A DNA stretch of 64,000 nt. It comes from Nitrosotalea sp. (lineage in GTDB: Archaea > Thermoproteota > Nitrososphaeria > Nitrososphaerales > Nitrosopumilaceae). The first letter of the stretch is position 1. Each line of letters starts with the position of its first letter. The notes beneath the pieces are model-generated. The model was not told where the DNA came from and did no database searches. It was given only the letters and a program-made list of their open reading frames with translations. A program made the position numbers and the translations under genes. Below, in pieces: positions 17,799 through 27,413 of the stretch. The stretch covers positions 967-64,966 of the forward strand of contig JBOGQT010000042.1 of assembly GCA_050749105.1 (NCBI GenBank), given 5' to 3'.

Positions 17799-18836
17799 TT
17801 GGCTGATTTGGGCAAGAAAGCTGCAATTATCAAAGGAGATGGTACTGGCCCCGAACTTGTCGATGCCATGTTGCGTGTTCTAAGAGCTTGTAATACTCAA
17901 GTTGAGATCATCTTGTGTGACGCAGGTTCAGAACAATGGGAAAAACACGGAGGTGCAACATACATTCCAGATGCAACTATGAAATTGCTTGAAGAATGTA
18001 ACGCGTGTTATAAGGGACCCACCACGACGATTCCACGTCCCGATGCACCAAGAAGTGTTGCGGTTACCATACGCCAAAAATTTCAACTTTACAGTAATAT
18101 CAGGCCCATCAAGACGTACGACCGGCTATCACCTAACAAAAAACTAGATTTTGTTTGTTTCAGAGAGGCCACAGAAGGTCTCTATTCTGGGATTGAGTTT
18201 AAGATCTCCGATGATGCCGCTATTGCAATAAGGAAGACAACACGAAAAGGCTGTCAAAGGATTGTCAAATCTGCCTTTGCGTGGGCAAAACAACGTAATA
18301 TCAAGAAGATCTTTCCAATAACCAAGAGAAATATTCTCAAAGAAACAGATGGAATTTTCTGGAGCGAGGTAGAAAAAGCAAAGATTGAGAATCCTGGCAT
18401 AGAGGTAGAAGAATATTATATTGATAATATGACCCAACAGTTGGTAAAAAATCCAGAGAGGTTCAACGATTCAATCTTGGTAAGTACTAACCTCTTCATG
18501 GATATCATATCAGAATGTGCGTCAGGAAGTATTGGTTCAATTGGAAATGTGTATTCTGCTAATATAGGAAATTCTTATGCCATGTTTGAACCTGCTCATG
18601 GCAGCGCACCAAAATACAAAGGATTGGACAAGGTCAATCCTACGGCTGCCATTTTATCTGGTGCATGGATGGTTGAATATCTTGGTGAACCTGACATAAG
18701 AAATACAATATTTGCTGCTACCGAACAGGTAGTCAATGAAGGAAAGTATGTAACATACGATATTGGTGGCAATGCAAATACTTCCAAGATGGCTGAAGCA
18801 ATAGCAGAAATTGCAAAGCAGAAATTAAGAAAATAG
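17799..18836 (+). CDS. isocitrate/isopropylmalate dehydrogenase family protein
   Basis: IIKGDGTGPE, YKGPTTTIP, LYSNIRP. The likely TTG start is at 17799, within ORF 17754-18836. Confidence 0.8.
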   Translation: MADLGKKAAIIKGDGTGPELVDAMLRVLRACNTQVEIILCDAGSEQWEKHGGATYIPDATMKLLEECNACYKGPTTTIPRPDAPRSVAVTIRQKFQLYSNIRPIKTYDRLSPNKKLDFVCFREATEGLYSGIEFKISDDAAIAIRKTTRKGCQRIVKSAFAWAKQRNIKKIFPITKRNILKETDGIFWSEVEKAKIENPGIEVEEYYIDNMTQQLVKNPERFNDSILVSTNLFMDIISECASGSIGSIGNVYSANIGNSYAMFEPAHGSAPKYKGLDKVNPTAAILSGAWMVEYLGEPDIRNTIFAATEQVVNEGKYVTYDIGGNANTSKMAEAIAEIAKQKLRK

Positions 18837-19766
18837 TCAGACTCGACGTATACGCGAACGAGTAGATATCACTAGGACAGAAATTATCGAGAATACAAGA
18901 ATTAGACAAGACAGTTGACCAAATTCAGGAACTGATGCATTTTCATTTGGTGTGAAATTACCTATTATGGGTTGACTTTGTGATACATTGATCTTTGGAA
19001 TAGAAATTAGATCAGAAGAATAATCGCTACTTTCATTGGTCTGCCCTATCAGGTTGTCTGCGGTTGCGTCAAAATTTAGTTTGTACTTGCCAGGCGATGG
19101 GTTATTCCATACAAAACTTACCGGTGAGCTTTGTTTTGCAGGTACATTTGCTGTGGTGATGTTGTCATAAAAGAGATAGCCAGAGTCATTTAGTATCTTT
19201 AGTCTAAAAATTATTGAATTTGCGTCAGTACCTCCAGTATTTTCAACTTGTTTTGTCACTATCAACTTCTGGCTTTGATAGCCTTGATTAGTCAATGAAA
19301 GCGACCCGTTAACCCAACCAAGCTCTGCATGAGTGGGGTTTTGGTTTTCTACAACAATTATACCTGAAGGCCACATGTCGACCTTGTCATAGTATTGATA
19401 CTTTCCCATGGTACCAAAAAACTGTGTAAAAGAATGCCCTGGAAGTATGTCTCCGCTATCAAACAACCCCACAGGTCCATAATTTGGGGTTCCAGTCGTA
19501 ACAGTATGAGTTCTGTTGTCGTTGTTTGTCCATGTGACAGTGGAACCCGGAGATATGTCAACCTCATAAGGCTCATAACATGAATTGTACGGCAAACAAT
19601 GATTTGCGATTCCATTAACGATTGTTACCTGAACATCTGAGGCATATGCACTTCCTGTCAGTATGAAAAGACAGGCAATCATCCCAATGCCACACAATAC
19701 ATACTTTGATCTCAACAAAATCATATAAGTTATTTTAGAGACAAGTAGTGTGTATAGTTTGCGCAT
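18837..19766 (-). CDS. cupredoxin-like surface protein with PEFG-CTERM-type anchor; copper ligands absent
   Basis: GSTVTWTNNDNRTHTV...GKYQYYDKVDMWPSG, where C and H of the usual YYCxxHxxM are both Asp. The C-terminus is VPEFG + TM + RSRIRRV. Confidence 0.6.
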   Translation of the reverse strand: MRKLYTLLVSKITYMILLRSKYVLCGIGMIACLFILTGSAYASDVQVTIVNGIANHCLPYNSCYEPYEVDISPGSTVTWTNNDNRTHTVTTGTPNYGPVGLFDSGDILPGHSFTQFFGTMGKYQYYDKVDMWPSGIIVVENQNPTHAELGWVNGSLSLTNQGYQSQKLIVTKQVENTGGTDANSIIFRLKILNDSGYLFYDNITTANVPAKQSSPVSFVWNNPSPGKYKLNFDATADNLIGQTNESSDYSSDLISIPKINVSQSQPIIGNFTPNENASVPEFGQLSCLILVFSIISVLVISTRSRIRRV

Positions 19767-19790
19767 AATGTATATGCTCTTCCAGAAAGC

Positions 19791-20324
19791 CTAGAGTTTG
19801 ATACATTCCACAAGTACTAGTTCTTCAAAGAACAGTTTCTTTTTTGCAGTTATTTTTGCAGAAAAACCAAGACTTTCGGTCCTCCTTATCAATTCCAGAT
19901 AGTTTGCAAGCGATGATGTAAGATACACCAGTTTACCATTTTTCTTTACTACATTGCTTGCTGATTTTATTATATTTGTAGTAACACCAAGACCTTCTAA
20001 CAAGCCATCTGTCGTAGGATCTATAATTTTCTCGGATGGCAAATATGGTAAATTACACACCACAAGATCAAAATCACAATTAAGACCATCTGCGGCATTG
20101 CAACAAATGCAATTTTCTACAACATCACGTGCCTTTTTTAGTGCATTTGGGTTGATGTCAGTAGATACCACAAGTTCAAATTTATCGGATAAAACTTTGG
20201 CAAGAAATCCTGATCCTGTTCCAATATCAAGTGCGGCACCTCCTTTTTCGTTTTGAATATAGTCTGCCAAAAAGAATGTGTCCTCTGCTGGTTGATAATA
20301 TTCATCAAATGATTTTTTTTGCAA
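19791..20324 (-). CDS. class I SAM-dependent methyltransferase, HemK/Mtq2-like
   Basis: ALDIGTGSGFLA and NLPYLPS (an NPPY-type motif). Confidence 0.7.
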   Translation of the reverse strand: MQKKSFDEYYQPAEDTFFLADYIQNEKGGAALDIGTGSGFLAKVLSDKFELVVSTDINPNALKKARDVVENCICCNAADGLNCDFDLVVCNLPYLPSEKIIDPTTDGLLEGLGVTTNIIKSASNVVKKNGKLVYLTSSLANYLELIRRTESLGFSAKITAKKKLFFEELVLVECIKL

Positions 20325-21006
20325 TATCTATTATCTCTCCATCAGATAGGTCTTCCAGCCTTTTATCAGAGTTCACATCCAGGCCAAAATTCCTTGCAAT
20401 ATTTCGTATAGTCTTTCGCCTAAAGGAAAAAAGCTTGTTTACAGCACCAAGTATGTCTTCAGATATCCTTTGTTTTTGTTTCAGAGAGATTACTACTGAA
20501 TCGACCTTTGGAGTAGGCTCAAAATTGGCTTTTTTGATATCCATGAGGTGTTTTACCTCAAAACAATAGCTTGCAAGTACAGATATGGCTCTTCTGCCCT
20601 TTCCTTCCCTTGCAAGCAACTTTTGAGCAAATTCCTTTTGGACTGTTATTACTGCATGAGAAAACTTTCTTTGAGATAGCCATTCTATGGCATTGCGGCT
20701 CTCTGAATATGGAAGATTTGAGACAAATACAGTAAAATCGACATCCATCTCAAAGGCGTCTCCATGTTCTAGTGTGAGATTTGAAATATAAGAAAATCTA
20801 CTTTTTGCATCCGTGTAAAGTTTGGAATCTTTTTCAATAGAGATTACTCTTTTTGCCTTTTTACACAGATAAGGAACCAAGATGCCCTTGCCAGTTCCCA
20901 CTTCAAGAACAATGTCATCTCTTTTGATACCTGCAAGAGTAACTATTGATTTTGCTATTGAATTTGATGTTAGAAAGTGCTGACCTAATGTATGACGTTT
21001 GCTCAT
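20305..21006 (-). CDS. rsmA: 16S rRNA adenine dimethyltransferase (KsgA/Dim1)
   Basis: GQHFL, VLEVGTGKGILV, NLPYSES. It sits in the conserved L21e-RpoF-DUF655-KsgA cluster. Confidence 0.85.
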   Translation of the reverse strand: MSKRHTLGQHFLTSNSIAKSIVTLAGIKRDDIVLEVGTGKGILVPYLCKKAKRVISIEKDSKLYTDAKSRFSYISNLTLEHGDAFEMDVDFTVFVSNLPYSESRNAIEWLSQRKFSHAVITVQKEFAQKLLAREGKGRRAISVLASYCFEVKHLMDIKKANFEPTPKVDSVVISLKQKQRISEDILGAVNKLFSFRRKTIRNIARNFGLDVNSDKRLEDLSDGEIIDIAKKII

Positions 21007-21563
21007 TTTCTGACAAAGAGATTCATTCTAGTTTCACCAGTGATCTCTTCGATTATTCTTTTTGCAACTTGTTTTGCAGGTTCTTTTAGGCCCACTCTTT
21101 CTTGCAGGTCCTTGAAATCAGAAAATTTTCGTTTTTCTCGCTCTTCAAGCATTGTCTTCATGTATGTTTTTCCAATACCTGGAATCAACTCTAACGCATG
21201 TATTCTTGGAGTTAGTGGTTGGGCATTGTTTAGATAATCTACAAATCTTTGTTCGTTTTGTATTACTATCTTTTCAACTACAGATGCCAATTCGCTTTGT
21301 GCTGATGATGATATGTGTGCAAATTCCAGTCTTCCCAGTACTGATAGAATCTTTGTTCTTCCTTCCTTTCCTATGTAAACACGTTCACCAATTTCAAAAG
21401 TAGAATTTGGCATTGCAAGCAATTCAAGTATTGTAAGTCTTTCTTCGCCTAGTGCTGTTACAATAATTCCGTCTCTTCCTCGTACAGTAGTTGATTTGCC
21501 TCTAGCTACAAAATCTAATACGTATGCGTACTCTTCATACTTTCTAGTTTGAGCTCTCTCCAA
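21003..21563 (-). CDS. DUF655 family RNA-binding-like protein
   Basis: YEEYAYVLDF...LTILELL...IGERVYIGK...LELIPGIGK...EEREKRKF, plus the conserved archaeal gene context. Confidence 0.7.
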   Translation of the reverse strand: MERAQTRKYEEYAYVLDFVARGKSTTVRGRDGIIVTALGEERLTILELLAMPNSTFEIGERVYIGKEGRTKILSVLGRLEFAHISSSAQSELASVVEKIVIQNEQRFVDYLNNAQPLTPRIHALELIPGIGKTYMKTMLEEREKRKFSDFKDLQERVGLKEPAKQVAKRIIEEITGETRMNLFVRK

Positions 21564-21582
21564 GAAAACTCTGCTCCTGAAA

Positions 21583-21909
21583 TCAGGCGTTCTCCTTGAT
21601 TATCTTTAGCATTTTTTCAAGCGTTTCTGCTAGAATTAGTTTTTTCCAACCGAAAGTAAACGCTCTCAATTCAGCCTCTGTAGTAGGTAAATTGTTTACA
21701 ATTTCAACTGCTTCTTCATCAGTTATACCACAGTCTTTTACGAGTTGTTGTTTGAGTTTCTTTGCAGCCTTTGAATCAATTTTTGTAAATTTGGTAACAT
21801 AATCATATGTCCATCTTTGGATTTGATCCATTGATTCAGGATCTACTTTTTCCATGATTTCCTTAACTTCTGGAATAGAGATGGATTGTTTTTTCTTAAC
21901 TTCTTCCAT
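21583..21909 (-). CDS. rpoF: DNA-directed RNA polymerase subunit F (Rpo4)
   Basis: 108 aa with an Rpb4-like pattern, located directly downstream of rpl21e. Confidence 0.65.
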   Translation of the reverse strand: MEEVKKKQSISIPEVKEIMEKVDPESMDQIQRWTYDYVTKFTKIDSKAAKKLKQQLVKDCGITDEEAVEIVNNLPTTEAELRAFTFGWKKLILAETLEKMLKIIKENA

Positions 21910-21911
21910 AT

Positions 21912-22211
21912 TTACACACCAAACGGTTTGATATGGTCTAACCTAGTGATTAAGGTTTTTGTCTTGTTACCAAGTTTAACTGCTAGTTTTACTGTCCTAC
22001 GCCCCACAGCATTTACAGTACCCACCTTACCGTGATACCTGCGGTGCGGTAGAGCTTTGTGTTGTGACGGATCTATGATTACCAGAACCTTGTCTCCTAC
22101 CTTGTACTCTCGAAGTAAGAATGATACTCCTCTCTCTGCGTCCTTTGTCATTACAGATCTTGCCTTGTGCATAAAACCATGAGAATGGCCTCGCGGCTTC
22201 TTAGTAGTCAT
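21912..22211 (-). CDS. rpl21e: 50S ribosomal protein L21e
   Basis: SHGFMHKARSVMTKD...YKVGDKV.V.IDPS.HKALPHRRYHGKVGTV. Confidence 0.85.
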   Translation of the reverse strand: MTTKKPRGHSHGFMHKARSVMTKDAERGVSFLLREYKVGDKVLVIIDPSQHKALPHRRYHGKVGTVNAVGRRTVKLAVKLGNKTKTLITRLDHIKPFGV

Positions 22212-22328
22212 ATAGCCAAGACTTCAGTTGAACCTAATTTAATACTTACTGGCTTGTAAAAAGGAAAAATTGGACTTTGTGGTCTTTTTGATACTCTGAT
22301 TGAAAATAAGGGAAAAGAGGGTTTGAAC

Positions 22329-23327
22329 CTATTCCTCAGGTTCTTCTTTCTTTTTCTTCTTTGTATCGTCTTCTGGGTCTGATACACCACCCTCAGTCAC
22401 AGTGAAGAGTACTTCTTGTTCTGGGTGGTGTGGGCTGTCAACCATTCTTGCAATTCTCTTCTTACCAGATTTCTTTAGGTAAACACGATAAGTTGAGGCG
22501 TGACCAACAACATTTCCACCAGTTGGTCTTGTTGGGTCTCCAAAGAATGTGTCAGGAGATGACTGGACTTGGTTGGTAGCTATTATTGCGATATTGTATG
22601 CCTCGGCAGTTCTCGAAAGCAAGTGCATAAACTTGTTTAGTCTTTGTTGTCTTATCGAGAGAGTTCCTCTGCCAAGATATTCTGATCGGAACAATCCGAC
22701 TGCAGAATCTACTACAATTAATTTGATCTTGTTTTCTTCAATTACAGGACCAACTTCTTGCATTATCAGTTCTTGGTGGGAACTATTGTATGCTTTTGCT
22801 ACTATGATTCTATCAAGAGCTTTTTCGGGCTCTAGTCCCTTTGCTTTTGCAATTGAGACAATTCTTTCTGGTCTGAATGTTCCTTCTGTATCAATGTACA
22901 AAACTCCACCATCCAATCCTCCTTCTTCTTTTGGTTTTTGGACATTAACACATAATGTGTGACAAAGCTGTGTCTTTCCAGAGCCAAATTCGCCATAGAC
23001 TTCTGTTACCGCTTGTGTTTCTATTCCTCCGTCAAACAGAGTATCAAGCGAGTTTGTTCCAGTGGAGATCTTACCTATATCCTGTCTTCTTTTGTAAATC
23101 TCAGTTGCGCTGACAAATTCTTTTTGGAGTTGACCGCTTTCAACTAGTTGCAGCCTTGCCTTGTTTACTAGTTTTACAGCTGTCTCATTATCCATGCCAG
23201 TGATTTCTGATATATCTACAGGACCTCTTATGACAAGATCTAGTATGTTATGGACTCCTGCGTCGGTTAGCTTCTTGGAAGTTACGGGGCCTACCCCTTC
23301 TAGACTTTCTAATCTTAAATCATCCAT
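22329..23327 (-). CDS. radA: DNA repair and recombination protein RadA
   Basis: N-terminal HhH (LEGVGPVTSKKL), Walker A GEFGSGKTQ, Walker B LIVVDS. Confidence 0.9.
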   Translation of the reverse strand: MDDLRLESLEGVGPVTSKKLTDAGVHNILDLVIRGPVDISEITGMDNETAVKLVNKARLQLVESGQLQKEFVSATEIYKRRQDIGKISTGTNSLDTLFDGGIETQAVTEVYGEFGSGKTQLCHTLCVNVQKPKEEGGLDGGVLYIDTEGTFRPERIVSIAKAKGLEPEKALDRIIVAKAYNSSHQELIMQEVGPVIEENKIKLIVVDSAVGLFRSEYLGRGTLSIRQQRLNKFMHLLSRTAEAYNIAIIATNQVQSSPDTFFGDPTRPTGGNVVGHASTYRVYLKKSGKKRIARMVDSPHHPEQEVLFTVTEGGVSDPEDDTKKKKKEEPEE

Positions 23328-23366
23328 CTTACCGTATGTTACGGTACGAGTACCTAATAAATATGT

Positions 23367-23374
23367 CGTTTAGT
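23367..23374. repeat. 8-bp direct repeat CGTTTAGT (left), putative target-site duplication
   Basis: Identical to 27976-27983 and abuts the GGTTCTGT terminus. Confidence 0.7.
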
Positions 23375-23433
23375 GGTTCTGTAAACTTAACAGCACATTC
23401 GCCAACCTAGAAAATTGTCAACCATCGGCTCAT
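23375..23433. repeat. IS terminal repeat, type A
   Basis: GGTTCTGTAAACTTAACAGCACAT...GTCAACCATCGGCTCAT aligns with the reverse complement of 25755-25815. Confidence 0.7.
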
Positions 23434-23476
23434 TTAGGCACGCTTTTATGCGAACGAACGATCGAGGATCTGAGAA

Positions 23477-24433
23477 ATGAAAAAATTCATTCAAGAAAGA
23501 TGTACGGCTATTCAAAATTATTGGAAAGAAATGGTCATAGACATAAAGAAAGACAACTGGTCTCGAATGTTCTATTTCGCAATTCCGTTTATTTTCTTAG
23601 CAATATTATTTCTTATTTTAGGCCATTTCGAGTTAGATTTAGCCATAACTCTGACCATAGTGGAGATACCGATATTCGTGTTTGGTGCATTTCTAGCCAG
23701 TAGAATACTTCGTGAATCCCTTGAACGTGAGATGGAGATAGCAAAGGGAACAACTACAGCGGAAGGCATGAAGGGTCATAAAAAAGACCTCCTAGAAATG
23801 CTAGAGGTTAATGCGTATGAGGGGGGCATGAATTGGACTTATGGTAGACTTGATAGATTCTATTGGAACGATAGAAATAGGAAATTGTCTTACTTACTTG
23901 TTCATCTAAAAGAATACAATGATGTCTATAGATTGTATGAATTATCAAAAAATTTTTCAAATGAACAATGTGATAAAATACAAAGATTACTTGATGAATT
24001 TTTTGATTATGTAAACAAACAGTTTGAATCGTTTATAGATATTCCTGTTAAACCAGATCATCCATTACCTTTATCCCCAGCCTTCATGAAAAGTAGATTG
24101 ATACCATATCTCCTAACCCACATTTACATGAATCTTGGAAAAGAAAAGATTATGTCTTCTTGTGAGATAGTAAATGATTCTTCTTTGCAATACGGGAAAA
24201 ATGATATCGCCTATGGCAATATTGCCTCTTTACAAAATCTAAAAAAATTAATCCAATCTCTAGAGACAGATCATAAGATGCAATCGATTGTGACAGAAAT
24301 TACCAAAATAGGCGGACTTCTAAATGATGATACCTTGATTAAAGAATTCAATGAAAAACGTAAAGCATTAAAAATTGAACATGAACATAAAAACTTCAAA
24401 GGAAAATGTGACGCATGTCCTGAATCAGTTTGA
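23477..24433 (+). CDS. hypothetical membrane protein (transposon cargo)
   Basis: 318 aa, two N-terminal TM segments, lies inside the terminal repeats. Confidence 0.45.
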   Translation: MKKFIQERCTAIQNYWKEMVIDIKKDNWSRMFYFAIPFIFLAILFLILGHFELDLAITLTIVEIPIFVFGAFLASRILRESLEREMEIAKGTTTAEGMKGHKKDLLEMLEVNAYEGGMNWTYGRLDRFYWNDRNRKLSYLLVHLKEYNDVYRLYELSKNFSNEQCDKIQRLLDEFFDYVNKQFESFIDIPVKPDHPLPLSPAFMKSRLIPYLLTHIYMNLGKEKIMSSCEIVNDSSLQYGKNDIAYGNIASLQNLKKLIQSLETDHKMQSIVTEITKIGGLLNDDTLIKEFNEKRKALKIEHEHKNFKGKCDACPESV

Positions 24434-24565
24434 TTTCCTTAGATACTCACTAAGAATTACTCTTATCACTTCGGGCACAGTTTCTAACATTCTCTCCTTT
24501 CGTTCCTTCTCAAGTGCTTTTTCCATCTCTTCAGGTATTGAAACCATGAATCGCTTCATTGCCAT
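24425..24565 (-). CDS. small ribbon-helix-helix protein, divergent from transposase 1
   Basis: MAMKRFMVSIPEEMEKALEKERKERMLETVPEVIRVILSEYL fits an RHH pattern. The start is taken at 24565. Confidence 0.45.
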   Translation of the reverse strand: MAMKRFMVSIPEEMEKALEKERKERMLETVPEVIRVILSEYLRKSN

Positions 24566-24629
24566 ATACTTATTGATACCTATCGATATATTTAATAATA
24601 TCGCTATGTATAGTATCAATAGATACCTA

Positions 24630-25808
24630 ATGACACAAGACACAAACAACAGACAGGAAAAAGGAAAGGAGATAGCCCTTAATCCAAATGTTCAGATTCT
24701 ACGAATTAATGATTATACCTATCATGTAAAATCTCAGACAACCAAGAGAGAGTATGACGTAATTCATACCGAAAGCGGTTGGATCTGCGGATGCTCTGAT
24801 TTCACTTACAGGCATTCTAAGATAGGGTGTTGCAAGCATATCCACGCTGTAGAATTTTCAATCAGGCTTCGAGATCAGGTGCGAAAGGAGAATCAAGTGA
24901 CAATCGAACAACTGAATGTATCTGTTTGTACTGCTTGCAATTCTGACAAGATAGTAAAGCATGGAATCAGACACAACGACAATTATGATATTCAAAGATG
25001 GTTCTGCAATGAATGTAAGAAATGGTTCAGTTTCAACATCGGATTTGAAAAGATGCGAGCAAATCCGCAGGCAGTAACATCAGCAATGCAACTCTACTTT
25101 ACAGGCGAATCCCTAAGAAGCATACAAAAGTTCTTGAGATTGCAAGGTGTCAATGTGTCACATCAAGCTATCTACAAGTGGATAAAGAAATACACTAAGC
25201 TAATGGAGAATTACCTATCCAAGATTACGCCACAGGTAGGCGACACATGGCGAGCCGATGAGGTATGGGTAAAGGTCAAAGGTGATATGAAATACCTATT
25301 TGCCTTGATGGATGACGAAACACGCTTTTGGATAGCAAAAGAGGTTGCCAATTCAAAGGAAAAGCACGATGCCAGTTCATTATTCAAACAAGCTAAGGAA
25401 GTAACTGGAACAAAGCCAAAAGTGATAATCACAGACGGTTTGAGATCTTATGCAGATGCCTATAACAAGGAATTTCGAACACAGCAAAATCCAAGAACCG
25501 TTCACATAAAGCAAATAAGGTTGCAAGGACAAAGGAACAATAACAAGATGGAACGACTAAACGGAGAATTTAGGGATAGAGAGAAGGTAGTAAGAGGATT
25601 GAAAAAAGACGATTCTCCGCTAATCTCAGGCTATCAAATCTATCACAATTACATTAGACCTCACATGGCTTTGAATGGTAAAACACCAAGTGAAGCTTGT
25701 GGAATGAAGATTGAAGGCGATAACAAGTGGCTTACAATAATTCAAAATGCAAGCCATGAGCCGACAGTTGACACGAAGAAAAAGTCAATGGATGTGCTAT
25801 CAAGTTGA
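24630..25808 (+). CDS. IS6-family DDE transposase with N-terminal SWIM zinc finger (copy 1)
   Basis: CGCSDFTYRHSKIGCCKHIHAV (CxC..CxH), then WRADEVWVKVKG, FALMDDETRF, VIITDGLRSY, NNKMERLNGEFRDRE, YHNYIRPH. Confidence 0.85.
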   Translation: MTQDTNNRQEKGKEIALNPNVQILRINDYTYHVKSQTTKREYDVIHTESGWICGCSDFTYRHSKIGCCKHIHAVEFSIRLRDQVRKENQVTIEQLNVSVCTACNSDKIVKHGIRHNDNYDIQRWFCNECKKWFSFNIGFEKMRANPQAVTSAMQLYFTGESLRSIQKFLRLQGVNVSHQAIYKWIKKYTKLMENYLSKITPQVGDTWRADEVWVKVKGDMKYLFALMDDETRFWIAKEVANSKEKHDASSLFKQAKEVTGTKPKVIITDGLRSYADAYNKEFRTQQNPRTVHIKQIRLQGQRNNNKMERLNGEFRDREKVVRGLKKDDSPLISGYQIYHNYIRPHMALNGKTPSEACGMKIEGDNKWLTIIQNASHEPTVDTKKKSMDVLSS

Positions 25809-25815
25809 CAGAACC
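25755..25815. repeat. IS terminal repeat, type A, opposite orientation (overlaps the transposase 1 C-terminus)
   Basis: CATGAGCCGACAGTTGAC...GATGTGCTATCAAGTTGACAGAACC. Confidence 0.7.
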
Positions 25816-25861
25816 ACAAATTCATATCGACTTTTTTTTCTAAAACCTTTTGAGTCATGAT

Positions 25862-26092
25862 TTATCCATGTTTTTGCCGTTTAATAGGGTTTACTATCTT
25901 TGATTCTGTACTTTTATTTTTATACATAGTGGGTGTTATATTGACAGTATCTCCTCTCAATACGAATGTGATTGTCTCAGGTTGACCCAATGCTTCCATA
26001 ACAGGCTTGGGAATACTGCTTTGATAACCTCTTGTTTGATTGAAGTTAACACTCACCGTGAACTCTTTAGCATCCTTCTTCCATTTGGGCAC
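25862..26092 (-). CDS. AbrB/SpoVT-like DNA-binding protein, divergent from transposase 2
   Basis: GYQSSIPKPVMEALGQPETITFVLRGDTVNI resembles the swapped-hairpin AbrB/MazE fold. Confidence 0.5.
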   Translation of the reverse strand: MPKWKKDAKEFTVSVNFNQTRGYQSSIPKPVMEALGQPETITFVLRGDTVNITPTMYKNKSTESKIVNPIKRQKHG

Positions 26093-26106
26093 AATGTAAT
26101 TTTGTG

Positions 26107-26182
26107 CTATCTACGTATAAAAATCTATCTACGTATTTAACACAATGTTAATATATATACGTATATACAATATACGTAGATA
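26107..26182. promoter_or_regulatory. candidate operator repeats in the divergent promoter region
   Basis: CTATCTACGTAT at 26107-26118 and 26125-26136; inverted ATACGTAGATA at 26172-26182. Confidence 0.5.
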
Positions 26183-26185
26183 AGA

Positions 26186-27301
26186 ATGACACAAACAAAC
26201 CCCCGTGAAGAAAAAGGGAAAGAAATCGCACTAAAAAGCGATCTAATCCGTGTATCTGATTATCAATATCATGTTCATTCTCAAACAACCAAACGAGATT
26301 ATGATGTTATCAAAGTAGGTACTAATTGGATTTGTAATTGTCCTGATCACACCTTTAGAAAGATTTGTTGTAAGCACATTCATGCAGTGGAGTTTTCAAT
26401 CAAGATCAGACAAGAGGTTAGAGAAAAGAACAAGGTAACAATTCAATCAATTACAATAGATTCATGCCTATTCTGCAAGTCGAAAGAGATCAAGAAATAT
26501 GGAATCAGGCACAACAAGAATTACGACATTCAAAGATTTGTCTGCCAAGCTTGCCATAAGACATTTAGCGTAAACATTGGCTTTGAAAAGATGAAACATA
26601 ATCCTAAGGGAATCACAACCGCTATGCAACTATACTTTAGTGGAGAATCATTAAGGAACGTTTCAAAATCCCTAAAGCTTCTGGGAATGGATGTTACTCA
26701 CCAGACTGTGTATAATTGGATCAAGAAATACACTGAACTAATGGGAAAATACATTGAGAAAATAACTCCACAAGTAGGGGATGCATGGAGAGCGGATGAA
26801 ATCTTTGTCAAGATTAGAGGGGATCTAAAATATGTATTTGCACTTATGGACGATGAAACTAGATACTTGATTGCTCATGAAGTAGCAGACAAAAAAGAAG
26901 GCCATGATGCAAGCAGCTTATTCAAGAAGGGAAAAGAGGTAGCAGGAACAAAGCCAAAGGTCTTGATTACTGACGGGTTACAATCATACAAAGAAGCTTA
27001 CCAAAAAGAGTTTTGGGAGATTGACAGGACAAAGAGGACACTTCATGTCAGACATATCAGATTACAAGGCGACATGAATAACAACAAAATGGAGAGGATG
27101 AACGGCGAGATCAGAGATAGAGAAAAGGTCATGCGTGGTATAAAGAAGGCAGATACTCCAATCTTGAAAGGGTATGAAATCTATCACAATTACCTGCGGC
27201 CACATCAGGGACTAGAAGGGAAAACGCCTAGTGAAGCTTGCGGAATTAAGATTGAGGGTGATAATAAATGGAAAACTTTGATCGAAAATGCCAGTATTTA
27301 G
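26186..27301 (+). CDS. IS6-family DDE transposase with N-terminal SWIM zinc finger (copy 2)
   Basis: Paralogue of copy 1: CNCPDHTFRKICCKHIHAV, WRADEIFVKIRG, LITDGLQSY, NNKMERMNGEIRDRE. Confidence 0.85.
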   Translation: MTQTNPREEKGKEIALKSDLIRVSDYQYHVHSQTTKRDYDVIKVGTNWICNCPDHTFRKICCKHIHAVEFSIKIRQEVREKNKVTIQSITIDSCLFCKSKEIKKYGIRHNKNYDIQRFVCQACHKTFSVNIGFEKMKHNPKGITTAMQLYFSGESLRNVSKSLKLLGMDVTHQTVYNWIKKYTELMGKYIEKITPQVGDAWRADEIFVKIRGDLKYVFALMDDETRYLIAHEVADKKEGHDASSLFKKGKEVAGTKPKVLITDGLQSYKEAYQKEFWEIDRTKRTLHVRHIRLQGDMNNNKMERMNGEIRDREKVMRGIKKADTPILKGYEIYHNYLRPHQGLEGKTPSEACGIKIEGDNKWKTLIENASI

Positions 27302-27413
27302 ATCTTCGGTTTATCATAATTGATTTAAATATGATTTTATGTTTCACCAATTAACTTTAATTTAAGTATAGACGTAAAACTTAAATACCACATGTGCACT
27401 TATATACAAAATT

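Noticed and set aside
22208-22390. A 60-aa ORF lies between rpl21e and radA. There are also many antisense ORFs within radA, pyrK/pyrD, top6B, purA and the radical SAM gene.
   Set aside because: They overlap well-supported genes or promoter regions and have low-complexity translations. They are spurious.
24375-24629. The track ORF gives transposase 1 an 85-codon N-terminal extension.
   Set aside because: It overlaps the opposite-strand RHH gene and the promoter region. Paralogue copy 2 starts at the equivalent MTQ..., so the start was set to 24630.
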